Both the position numbers and the translations under genes were made by a program. Below are positions 1 through 8,384 of a stretch of 64,000 bases of DNA, one piece after another. Location of the stretch: assembly GCA_964396025.1 (NCBI GenBank), contig CAYNBT010000002.1, positions 37,030 through 101,029 on the forward strand, read 5' to 3'. The stretch's first letter is position 1. The number at the start of each line of letters is the position of its first letter. The notes below the pieces were generated by a model. The model was not told the origin of the DNA and ran no database searches. It saw nothing but the letters and a program-made list of their open reading frames with translations. The DNA comes from an uncultured Candidatus Saccharibacteria bacterium (lineage in GTDB: Bacteria > Patescibacteriota > WWE3 > UBA101185 > UBA10185).

Positions 1-386
1 GAGGTAAGCTGGGGCTGGATTGGTTACAGAGCGTTCCAGAGAATCTTCATTTACCCATTGATTACGCTAGAGACAATCTGGACATTGGACCTCTAACCAC
101 TAATAAATACACAGAATTTGTTCAGCAGGCTCGCACTATTGTATGGGCTGGACCTCTAGGTAAGTTCGAAGATCCCGAATTCGCCGTTAGCACTGTTACT
201 GTAGCAAAAGCTGTTGTAGCAAGTAACGCTTACTGTGTTGCTGGCGGCGGTGATACAATATCTGCTCTTGAGCTTGCAGGAGTGCTAAGAGATTTTGACT
301 TTGTTTCCACAGGTGGTGGAGCCATGCTGGAATTTTTGGTTAAAGGAACCTTGCCCGGATTGGAAGCGCTTGAATATTATGGCTAA
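1..386 (+). CDS. pgk: Phosphoglycerate kinase, C-terminal part (runs off the window start)
   Basis: Not in the ORF track. Frame from position 3 reads ...DIGPLT...IVWAGPLGKFE...VAGGGDT...FVSTGGGAMLEFL..GTLPGLEAL, the PGK C-terminal motifs. Stop TAA at 384-386. Confidence 0.95.
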   Translation, partial: GKLGLDWLQSVPENLHLPIDYARDNLDIGPLTTNKYTEFVQQARTIVWAGPLGKFEDPEFAVSTVTVAKAVVASNAYCVAGGGDTISALELAGVLRDFDFVSTGGGAMLEFLVKGTLPGLEALEYYG

Positions 387-645
387 AATTTTAAAAATTT
401 CATTTCCAAATAAATGTAACGGGTGTGAACTGTGCGTGTTAGCTATTCAAAGACAATTTAATCGCACTGGGCTGGATGGTTCCTTGATAAGGATTTTTAG
501 AAAAAAAGAAGAAGACGGCATCACTTATGCCATTGAAATGGATCCTAGTATCAACAATTACGATGTAGCCAGCATAGTTAAGTCTTGCCCAACAGGCGTA
601 TTTGAAATTACAGAGGAATTAAATGAAGAACAACTTCTTAATTAA
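379..645 (+). CDS. Small 4Fe-4S ferredoxin-like protein of the type that partners AOR/GOR enzymes
   Basis: ATG at 379 overlaps the pgk end. CNGCELC ... CPTG gives the ligands for one 4Fe-4S cluster. Confidence 0.8.
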   Translation: MAKILKISFPNKCNGCELCVLAIQRQFNRTGLDGSLIRIFRKKEEDGITYAIEMDPSINNYDVASIVKSCPTGVFEITEELNEEQLLN

Positions 646-1531
646 GCAGGTACTAATCATAGATCTAGCGAAAAAAGAGTACGCAGTTAAATCCTATGAT
701 GAATTGTACAAATACATTGGCGGAGTAGGTTTGGGTCTTAAACTGTTATCTCAGTACCAGACCGAGGACCCTATTATCTATTCGGTTGGGCCATTAAATG
801 GATTTTTTCCTTATGCTTCAAAAACGTCCGTAGTTCTTAGATCTGACGGTGTGATTGAGGATTTGTATTTGGGAGGGTCTTTATCTTTTAGGTTGAAGTT
901 TTCCGGTATAGATTCTGTTGTGATTAAGGGCGTCTCAAAAGAACCCGTTATTTTGGATATAAGAGGCGATACTGTAAATATCCTTCCTGCAGATGCGGAT
1001 TTGCAAAGTCTTGGTTTACCCGGAAAGCGTAGTGTTCTGGCGTTTGGGGCTTCCAACGATGATGCTAGCTTTAGTTTGGCCGGAAAACTTGTATCTTATG
1101 ACAAATCCAAGCTCTATTTAGATAGATACTTTACATCTCACGAAAAACTTTTGGAGCGAAAATTCCTAGAAAAGAATATCATGGGTATTGTATTTACAGG
1201 GAGCGTTACATTTCCCATAAAAGATACAGAAAAATATGCAGAGATTTTTAGCGCTCTATTGATGCGTTCAAAAGAAGTGTCTATTGCAAAATCTGATGCT
1301 CCGTCGTGTTCAGGCTGTCCTTTGGGTTGCGCTAAGTCTCGTGAAGGTGAGATTGGAGGCAATCTTTTGGCCCACTGCATGGTTTCGTGCTCTTTTGCTC
1401 AAGCAATTTATTCGGATGTAAATACAGTCTTTTCTTGTTTGAATGTTTTGGGGTACGATTACACTCATGAGGATATTGAAAACGCACCGTTGTATATTTC
1501 GCAAGTTCTAAAGGAGATTGATGGGAAATAG
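623..1531 (+). CDS. Shortened aldehyde:ferredoxin oxidoreductase (AOR/GAPOR) family protein
   Basis: AFOR N-terminal motifs IIDL, YIGGVGLG, GPLNG, SGIDSVVIKGVSKEPVILDI, KNIMGI, plus the CSGCPLGC (CxxCxxxC) Fe-S motif. Only 302 aa. Confidence 0.75.
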   Translation: MKNNFLIKQVLIIDLAKKEYAVKSYDELYKYIGGVGLGLKLLSQYQTEDPIIYSVGPLNGFFPYASKTSVVLRSDGVIEDLYLGGSLSFRLKFSGIDSVVIKGVSKEPVILDIRGDTVNILPADADLQSLGLPGKRSVLAFGASNDDASFSLAGKLVSYDKSKLYLDRYFTSHEKLLERKFLEKNIMGIVFTGSVTFPIKDTEKYAEIFSALLMRSKEVSIAKSDAPSCSGCPLGCAKSREGEIGGNLLAHCMVSCSFAQAIYSDVNTVFSCLNVLGYDYTHEDIENAPLYISQVLKEIDGK

Positions 1532-2198
1532 ATACATTATTGCTAATTGGAAACAGAATCTTAACGCCGCTGAGATATGTGTGTGGTTTCAAAAGTTTGC
1601 TAAGTTACTTGATGGTCATAAAGTGCCGGCATACTTGAATATTTTGATTGCACCAACTTTTGTTCATCTCGCGCTAGTAAATGATTTAGCAAAAGATTTT
1701 GAAAATTTATTCTGCACAGCCCAAAACGTTTCCCTTTTTGATAATGGAGCGCATACAGGTCAAGTAGGTGCTCAGCAACTTACGGACTACTGTTCAAAAG
1801 GAATTGTTGGGCATAGTGAGACCGGAGATTCCGCAGAACAAAGTTTGCAAAAGATATCACTACTCTTGAATCATGGTATACAGCCCTTTCTATGCTTCAC
1901 TAGCTTTTCTTTTGTTGATAATCACAAAGATGTTACACAAATTCCTCTAATTTGGGAGGATCCTGCTAACATCTCGGTAAAAGGGGAATATCGTTCCAGA
2001 AGTTCGCAAGAAATAAAACAGCACTGTGTTGAATTTAAAGACCACCATCCAAAAGCAACCTTACTTTATGGTGGTTCTGTGAATAGACAAAACACTGGTG
2101 ATTTAGGTAATATTGCTGAGCTAGATGGTGTGATAGTTGGCAATGCTAGCCTTGATCCAGAGCACTTTTTTGAAATAGTTAAATCTTTTGAATTATGA
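1521..2198 (+). CDS. tpiA: Triosephosphate isomerase (divergent)
   Basis: ANWK, AQNVS, GAHTGQV, VGHSE, LYGGSV, DGVIVGNASL. SD aaggag upstream. Confidence 0.92.
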   Translation: MGNRYIIANWKQNLNAAEICVWFQKFAKLLDGHKVPAYLNILIAPTFVHLALVNDLAKDFENLFCTAQNVSLFDNGAHTGQVGAQQLTDYCSKGIVGHSETGDSAEQSLQKISLLLNHGIQPFLCFTSFSFVDNHKDVTQIPLIWEDPANISVKGEYRSRSSQEIKQHCVEFKDHHPKATLLYGGSVNRQNTGDLGNIAELDGVIVGNASLDPEHFFEIVKSFEL

Positions 2199-3274
2199 AA
2201 TATATCGATTTGAACAAATCTGTTGTGCAAAAGCAACAGGCCAAAGCCTCATTATCGCAGCAAGCTCAGTCTGGCCAAAACAAGAAACGTATGGTTATAT
2301 TTTTTGCTGTGATCATGATTCTGGTAGGTTTTTTCTTCTTTTCCGGCGGTAGTTTAGCTGCGTTGTTTGATCCAGTATCAATTGTGGGAAATGCAGCAAC
2401 TACCAAGCTTAAAGAGACTGATGGGCGAACAAACATTCTGATCTTGGGTTCGGATAAGAGATCTGTAGGATCCGTAACCTCTGTTCTAACCGACACCATA
2501 CTTGTTGCCTCCATAGGCCGTGTCGAAGGAAATGTTGTTTTGCTTTCGCTGCCACGAGATTTATGGGTAAAAACAGAAGATGGTTATCAGTCCAAAATAA
2601 ACGCAGTTTATGCAAATGGTGGAGGTGACAGTATAAGCAAGGTTGCAGAAGATGTACTAGGTGTGCCCATTCACTATTACGCTGTGGTAAACTTTGAGAT
2701 TTTTAAGAAGGTTATTGATATCCTGGGTGGGGTTGAGGTTACTGTTGACCACGCCTTTGTTGATTACAGTTATCCAGTGGAAGGTAAAGAAAATGCGCCG
2801 GAATCTGAACGTTATGAAATCGTAAAGTTTTCTCAAGGCAAGCAGCAGATGAACGGTGAAGTAGCATTAAAATTTGTGCGTTCCCGAAAAGGTGATAATG
2901 GTGAGGGTACTGATTTTGCACGTTCTCGCCGTCAGCAAAAAGTCATTATGGCGATTAAAGACAAGGCGTTGTCTCTAGAGACTCTAATCGACCCAACTAA
3001 GCTAAAAAACCTCTATGACACCTACTATAAAAATGTAGACACCAATCTGGACTTTTCCACGTTACAAGGATTTTACTTTTTATCCAAAAAGATAAATTTT
3101 GAGCAAGTTCGCTCAATAGTTTTAGATGATCGTAGCGCCTCTGTTGAAGGGGGTTTGCTATATGCACCTGAAGATAGAACCCTGTACGGTGGGGCGTATG
3201 TGTTAATTCCTAAATCAGGAAATTTTGCTCAGCTCCATGCTTATGTACAAAGATATATCTTTGGCGAATTATGA
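2195..3274 (+). CDS. LytR-CpsA-Psr (LCP) family protein
   Basis: N-terminal TM; NILILGSDKR, TDTILVAS, SLPRDLWV, KINAVY, ALKFVRSR, DFARSRRQQ. Confidence 0.93.
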   Translation: MKYIDLNKSVVQKQQAKASLSQQAQSGQNKKRMVIFFAVIMILVGFFFFSGGSLAALFDPVSIVGNAATTKLKETDGRTNILILGSDKRSVGSVTSVLTDTILVASIGRVEGNVVLLSLPRDLWVKTEDGYQSKINAVYANGGGDSISKVAEDVLGVPIHYYAVVNFEIFKKVIDILGGVEVTVDHAFVDYSYPVEGKENAPESERYEIVKFSQGKQQMNGEVALKFVRSRKGDNGEGTDFARSRRQQKVIMAIKDKALSLETLIDPTKLKNLYDTYYKNVDTNLDFSTLQGFYFLSKKINFEQVRSIVLDDRSASVEGGLLYAPEDRTLYGGAYVLIPKSGNFAQLHAYVQRYIFGEL

Positions 3275-3963
3275 TTTTTATTCTCCATGGTGATAATTCC
3301 GTCTTTTTAAGAGATTTAGTTTTTAAACTTCAAACCAAACTTTTTGCTGAATCACGTATCGAAAGAGACATTTCTGTAATTTCTCCTGCACAGCTGTCTG
3401 TTTTAGTCTCTTCTTTTGATATTTTTAGCGCGGCACCGTTTATAGTTTTAGATATCACTAAGGCTGGCTCCGGAGATAAAAGCGCATATGTCGATGCTGT
3501 TAGAGCTATGCCCGCAGAAACCAACCTGATTTTACTCAGTCATAAGCTATTACCTAAGAATAGCATTTGGTTTAAAAACTTTGAGAATGCCAAAATCTTT
3601 GAAAGTAACGTCGCCCCCGATTCTAGTGTATTTAAGTTTTTGGATCAGCTTTTCGTACAGAATAGATCAGTGTCTTACGAAGAGCTGCATAAGCTTTTGG
3701 TAGAAGGACAGGATCCATTCTATATTTTTTCTATGCTACTTTATTCCCTTAGAAACATTGCTGGGGTTAAGTTTGGAGCACCCACGTTTGCAAAACTGCA
3801 GCCGTTTATGCGTTCAAAATTTGAGCGACAGGCGAATAAATTCTCAGAAGAAACACTTAGGTCTTTTTACCTTTATTTTGCTGATCTAGACAGAAAGGTT
3901 AAGTTAGGTCAAATTAATTCAGATACTATGCTCACTCTAGCAGTGGAGAAAGTTTTGGCATAA
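3271..3963 (+). CDS. holA: DNA polymerase III delta subunit-like (short)
   Basis: N-terminus MIFILHGDN; VFKFLD; C-terminus ADLDRKVKLGQ; rpsT lies nearby. Confidence 0.7.
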   Translation: MIFILHGDNSVFLRDLVFKLQTKLFAESRIERDISVISPAQLSVLVSSFDIFSAAPFIVLDITKAGSGDKSAYVDAVRAMPAETNLILLSHKLLPKNSIWFKNFENAKIFESNVAPDSSVFKFLDQLFVQNRSVSYEELHKLLVEGQDPFYIFSMLLYSLRNIAGVKFGAPTFAKLQPFMRSKFERQANKFSEETLRSFYLYFADLDRKVKLGQINSDTMLTLAVEKVLA

Positions 3964-3965
3964 CT

Positions 3966-4688
3966 ATGACTCAAAGAATTTACATCAAAGATGAATCATT
4001 TGACCCTATATTTAAGCAAAGAAACGCGTCTTTTTTGTTGAAATCCCGCATTCTACCTTTAAGTTCTATATTACTTGGTGTTGTTATTCTTATCACCCAA
4101 ATTATTGTGCCGCTTGTGTTCTTTGAAACCTCAGAAAACATTTCCAAGCCTGTGCGATCCACTATGCTTGGAATTGCTTCGGGGTTTGGCGATTTTTCGT
4201 TTAATGAGCTTGAAGATTCCTCTTCAACGTTGGAAGGTAATTCCAATGTTCCAGATAAATTCTATCTTTCTATACCAAAGTTAAAGATAGATAGGGCAGT
4301 CGTTGATACAAATTCCAAATCACTAAGCCCTGACGATGTTATTGGGCACTATATTGGTTCTGCATTGCCTGATGCTCCGGGAAACATGTTTTTGTATGGT
4401 CACTCTGTTTTACCCGTGTTTTACAATCCCAAGAATTACAAAACCATATTTTCTACACTAAATAAATTGCAGGATGGTGATGTTATCACTATTGAGTACA
4501 ATAACAAAAAATACACCTATAAAGTGGATTCTGTTGAAATTTTAAAAACCTCCGAAGTTAAACCTTTAGGTCAAGTAAGCCCAAGATATCTTAATGAATC
4601 TACAATAACTATTATGACTTGTTGGCCTCCGGGGACTAAGAGTAAAAGATTACAAGTTGTTGGTACTCAGATTAATCCAACTTTTTGA
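3966..4688 (+). CDS. Sortase (class D/E-like)
   Basis: N-terminal TM; LSIPKLKI, GNMFLYGHS (His), LQDGDVI, TIMTCWPPG (Cys), KRLQV (Arg). Confidence 0.92.
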   Translation: MTQRIYIKDESFDPIFKQRNASFLLKSRILPLSSILLGVVILITQIIVPLVFFETSENISKPVRSTMLGIASGFGDFSFNELEDSSSTLEGNSNVPDKFYLSIPKLKIDRAVVDTNSKSLSPDDVIGHYIGSALPDAPGNMFLYGHSVLPVFYNPKNYKTIFSTLNKLQDGDVITIEYNNKKYTYKVDSVEILKTSEVKPLGQVSPRYLNESTITIMTCWPPGTKSKRLQVVGTQINPTF

Positions 4689-5088
4689 TAACACGTTCTT
4701 CAAAAGAGCTAAGAGCTAATTTTCTGGGACCTTTACCTACCGCAAAAGCGCCAAAGGCTAGCAAAGCTGTAGAAGTAAACAGTGCGTAGGTGATTCCGGC
4801 AGTTCCTGTGTCAGGTACTGCTGTGGTAGTTTGGGTAGTCTCGGTAGAATCTGCTCCTGCCAAGACCACTGGTAGTGCGTTAACTGCTGATTCTTTGGAG
4901 ATATCCTCAAACACGCTGGGCTTAGAATCTGTTTGAGCAAGTTGATTTGCTGATTCTAAGTCATCTTCTATATTCACATTGCTTGTTGAATCTGTGATTA
5001 GATAGTACAACGAGCTAAAAATAACCAATGCTAAAGATAGGGTGATTACGAAAGTTTTGAATCCATTTTTTGCTTGATACGAGTTCAT
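4672..5088 (-). CDS. Small membrane protein with an LPXTG-like sorting signal (VPDTG)
   Basis: N-terminal TM, Thr-rich linker, then VPDTG, a hydrophobic stretch and KGPRK. Confidence 0.7.
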   Translation of the reverse strand: MNSYQAKNGFKTFVITLSLALVIFSSLYYLITDSTSNVNIEDDLESANQLAQTDSKPSVFEDISKESAVNALPVVLAGADSTETTQTTTAVPDTGTAGITYALFTSTALLAFGAFAVGKGPRKLALSSFEERVIKKLD

Positions 5089-5101
5089 AGGCAGGCTTTA
5101 T

Positions 5102-5272
5102 TTATTCTTTACTTAAACTATTTATAAATTCTACATCAATTGTAGCATCTATCAATACATTGTTTTCAAGTACTTTTTTTTCAGGCGCATTTTGTTTGAT
5201 TTCATTGTTTGCCGCAGCCCAAAGTAAACAAGTCAAAATTATGCTAAAAATGATTAAAATAAAGTTTTTCAT
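5102..5272 (-). CDS. 56-aa membrane protein following the PilO-like gene
   Basis: Not in the ORF track: MKNFILIIFSIILTCLLWAAANNEIKQNAPEKKVLENNVLIDATIDVEFINSLSKE. ATGA overlap with the upstream stop. Confidence 0.6.
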   Translation of the reverse strand: MKNFILIIFSIILTCLLWAAANNEIKQNAPEKKVLENNVLIDATIDVEFINSLSKE

Positions 5273-5832
5273 ATTGGTTTGTAAAAAATCATAAGCTCCA
5301 AGTCAATCTCAACAAGACCATCTTCAGTAGGAGTAATCACTACAGACTTAATGATACTGGGCCTTTTTTGATTCTCGATGCTTTTTACAAGATTTGCGGC
5401 ATTCTCCCATGTTCCTGTCAATGTTGCGTCAATGTTTGCATTATGCGTGCTTTTGTCTGCTAGAACATTCCATGTATCAACAATATACCCTTGATTTGCG
5501 GCTTGAGTAACAAAATCAATCAAGTAATCCTGCTCCTGCAAATTATTTGGCATGTATTGGTTAAATTGTTCTATGGCAGTCAAATTCTTATTATAAGTTT
5601 CTAGTAATGTTGAATGTAGTCTAAGTTTTGCTCGTTTGGACATAAGTACCTTGGAAAGCTCGGCTTCGTATTTACGATTTTCCAAGTAGTTACCTAAATG
5701 AGTCCTGGCGCCGAAAGCTACAAACAAGATGATACACAGACCTATCAAGCTTATGTACATTATCATTTCACGTTCCGGTTCTAGTTGAATACGTCTTGTA
5801 TATTCTGATTCTAGTTTTTTAATAAAGCTCAT
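5269..5832 (-). CDS. PilO-like type IV pilus alignment protein
   Basis: TM, coiled coil, MPN, ferredoxin-like tail (TLTGTWENAANLVKSIENQKRPSIIKSV...ELMIFYKP). Confidence 0.7.
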   Translation of the reverse strand: MSFIKKLESEYTRRIQLEPEREMIMYISLIGLCIILFVAFGARTHLGNYLENRKYEAELSKVLMSKRAKLRLHSTLLETYNKNLTAIEQFNQYMPNNLQEQDYLIDFVTQAANQGYIVDTWNVLADKSTHNANIDATLTGTWENAANLVKSIENQKRPSIIKSVVITPTEDGLVEIDLELMIFYKPI

Positions 5833-6386
5833 TTGAATGTTATTATCATTTCGGAATTATATAAATTTTGCCCAGAGATAAGGTTTACCTGATCCAGATA
5901 CACTTCATTAACAGTGTTGTTCTTTAGCATGGAGTCAATAAAGAAAGATATGGCTAATGCGTTTTGTGTCTCAACGCTGACTGCCACTTCATTGAGATTC
6001 GAGCTATTCAGTCCTAGTAGTTTAAATTCAGCATTAGCTTGTTTTAAGATTAGATCGATTTTTGCGCTATGGGCGTTGCTCTTGGTTCGAGTTTGTAGTT
6101 CCTTGTAATATGCAATTCGTTCGATAAGATTGTGTACTTTTGCTTCGTCAAACCCCTTTTGTTTGTAAAGTTTCTCTATTGATTCAATTCCTTCAAGAGT
6201 TCTACGGATGTTCTGATTTGAACGAAATTCCAAGAAAAGAATTAAAAGGAATATGGTTTCGATAGCGATTATAGTTATTTTTGTGACTAATATGAGTTTT
6301 GAGCGTACACGCAGGGCAACGGGAGCTGTATAGTAACTGCTATTTAGTAAATTTAGGTTTTGATTGTTTGGTTGGTTTTGTTCCAT
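5829..6386 (-). CDS. PilN-like protein
   Basis: NLNLL motif, TM, coiled coil and C-terminal alpha/beta domain; coupled to the PilO-like gene. Confidence 0.55.
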   Translation of the reverse strand: MEQNQPNNQNLNLLNSSYYTAPVALRVRSKLILVTKITIIAIETIFLLILFLEFRSNQNIRRTLEGIESIEKLYKQKGFDEAKVHNLIERIAYYKELQTRTKSNAHSAKIDLILKQANAEFKLLGLNSSNLNEVAVSVETQNALAISFFIDSMLKNNTVNEVYLDQVNLISGQNLYNSEMIITFK

Positions 6387-6648
6387 GGGCAGCAATCTTC
6401 TTTGCAAATCTTGCTTTCATTCTACTAGCTTTGTTTTTGTGAATCACCTTTTCTTTTGACGCCTTGTCTAGTGCTTTTTGCAGCAAAGATTGTTCCTTCA
6501 TCATATCACCTAACGCACCTTTTTTGGATTCTAATAGATCAAGGAGTGCTTTTGTAGCTGCCTTAATTCTCCTTCTCCAGAAAAGGTTGTGATCTCGTTT
6601 TACTTTTGATTGTCGTTCTGCTTTTGCAGCAGATCTTGTATTTGGCAT
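6340..6648 (-). CDS. rpsT: 30S ribosomal protein S20
   Basis: MPNTRSAAKAERQ...LDKASKEKVIHKNKASRMKAR. Confidence 0.95.
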   Translation of the reverse strand: MPNTRSAAKAERQSKVKRDHNLFWRRRIKAATKALLDLLESKKGALGDMMKEQSLLQKALDKASKEKVIHKNKASRMKARFAKKIAAHGTKPTKQSKPKFTK

Positions 6649-6695
6649 AAGACGCACGTATGATACCATATGATTTCAAGAATTGAAAACACTTT

Positions 6696-8345
6696 ATGGT
6701 GGCATCCGCAATAAAAACTAGCAAAAAATTTCTTTTTAGCACTCAGAATACTATCATTTCGGCAGCTTTTATCATAGCGGTTACTTATGCTGCATCGGCC
6801 TTTTTGGGCTTGGTACGGGCTAGAATGCTTGCTCATTATTTTGGTGCTACAGACGTGTTAGGGGTCTTTTATACCGCAGACAGAATCCCTAGCCTCATTT
6901 ATTCCGTACTTGTTGCAGGTACTTTATCTACAATTTTTATTCCTGTTTTTACCGAAACGTTAAAGAAAGACAAAGAAGCAGCATGGGAAGTGGCGTCCTC
7001 CATACTCATGTTTTGCCTAGCTGTTTTCCTTATTATTTCCCTGTTCCTGTTCGTATACGCCGGTAAAGTTATAGCAGGTTTGTCTTTGGGTAAATTTACT
7101 TCAGAAGAAGTTTTATTAGGCAGCAGTCTACTAAGAATCATGCTTATTGCCCAAGTAATCCTGGTTGTTAGCAGTTTCTTTTCAAGTGTTTTGCAATCGT
7201 TAAGATTTTTTCTGATACCCGCACTCTCACCTGTTTTTTACAACTTGGGCATGATTCTTGGTCTAGTTTACTTTTATAAATCGTATGGTATCTACGCACC
7301 GGCTTTGGGGGTTGTCCTAGGTGCGTTACTCCATCTGTTTATTCAACTACCTTTGTTACGCAAAGTTAATTTTCGTTTTAGGTTTGTACCAAACTTATTC
7401 TCAACATATATCAAAGATTACACAGGGCTTTTTTTGCCCAGAATTTTAGGTTCTTTGTTGGTCCAGGTATCCTTTGTTATCAGCAACTCTTTGGCAATTT
7501 TAGTCTCTACATCATCAGTCGTGATATTTAAGTTTGCCAATCAACTGGAGGCGTTTCCCGTATTGTTGTTTGGTTCATCGATAGCTGCTGCTGCATTGCC
7601 TACTCTTTCTTTTGAATCAGGAGAAAAAGATAAGGAGAAATTTAAAAATACCTTTGTTACATCCTTGCATCAAATGTTGTTTCTGGTAATTCCTGCGAGC
7701 GTAATATTTTTAGTTTTGAGGGTGCCTGTGATTCGTTTAATTTATGGAGTAGCGAACTTTTCTTGGGATGCAACTATTCAAACATCTTACACCTTGGCTT
7801 TCTTTAGTCTTTCTATGTTTTCGCAGAGCTCACTGTACCTTTTGAATAGGGCTTTCTTCGCCCTTAAAGATACGGCTACACCACTAAAGATCAATGCCTT
7901 AAGTGTGTTGTTTGGTTCTGCAACCGCATTCGTGCTCGTTAAGTATTTTGAATTGGGTGTGTGGTCACTTGCGTTTGCGTATTCTCTAGCCTCTATCGCT
8001 GAATTTTTTGTGCTCACATATCTTTTAGATAAGAAAGTTGGAGGATTTGGGTATGATAGCTTGGTGAAACCATTTGTTAAAATCAGCTATGCCGCGGTTT
8101 TTATGGGAATGTCTTTGTATTTACCCATGAAGTTCTTAGATATTGCGGTTTTTGATACCACCAAAACATTAAGTTTACTGATGCTTACTGTGATCGCCGG
8201 CATTGCTGGTATGATATCCTACTTGCTATTTACATGGTTGTTAAAAGTTGAGGAGATAGCATTGTTGTATAAACTGTTAGGAAAGTTGAGTATTAGACCA
8301 GCCATTCAAAATCATCCACCTACTTCAGCTAGTGAACAGGCCTAA
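6696..8345 (+). CDS. murJ: Lipid II flippase MurJ (MviN)
   Basis: LGLVRARMLAHYFG, RIPSLIY, FIPVF, RAFFALKDTATP; many TM helices. Confidence 0.93.
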   Translation: MVASAIKTSKKFLFSTQNTIISAAFIIAVTYAASAFLGLVRARMLAHYFGATDVLGVFYTADRIPSLIYSVLVAGTLSTIFIPVFTETLKKDKEAAWEVASSILMFCLAVFLIISLFLFVYAGKVIAGLSLGKFTSEEVLLGSSLLRIMLIAQVILVVSSFFSSVLQSLRFFLIPALSPVFYNLGMILGLVYFYKSYGIYAPALGVVLGALLHLFIQLPLLRKVNFRFRFVPNLFSTYIKDYTGLFLPRILGSLLVQVSFVISNSLAILVSTSSVVIFKFANQLEAFPVLLFGSSIAAAALPTLSFESGEKDKEKFKNTFVTSLHQMLFLVIPASVIFLVLRVPVIRLIYGVANFSWDATIQTSYTLAFFSLSMFSQSSLYLLNRAFFALKDTATPLKINALSVLFGSATAFVLVKYFELGVWSLAFAYSLASIAEFFVLTYLLDKKVGGFGYDSLVKPFVKISYAAVFMGMSLYLPMKFLDIAVFDTTKTLSLLMLTVIAGIAGMISYLLFTWLLKVEEIALLYKLLGKLSIRPAIQNHPPTSASEQA

Positions 8346-8384
8346 TTGCTGTCAGAATCTTCATTCTGATGTTAAAATCCCGCT

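Noticed and set aside
295-378. N-terminal extension of the 116-aa ORF in the track, and similar extensions on dnaK, nusA, miaA, 31582, 62269 and 63838
   Set aside because: These overlap upstream genes or promoters; downstream starts fit the family N-termini and initiation signals better.
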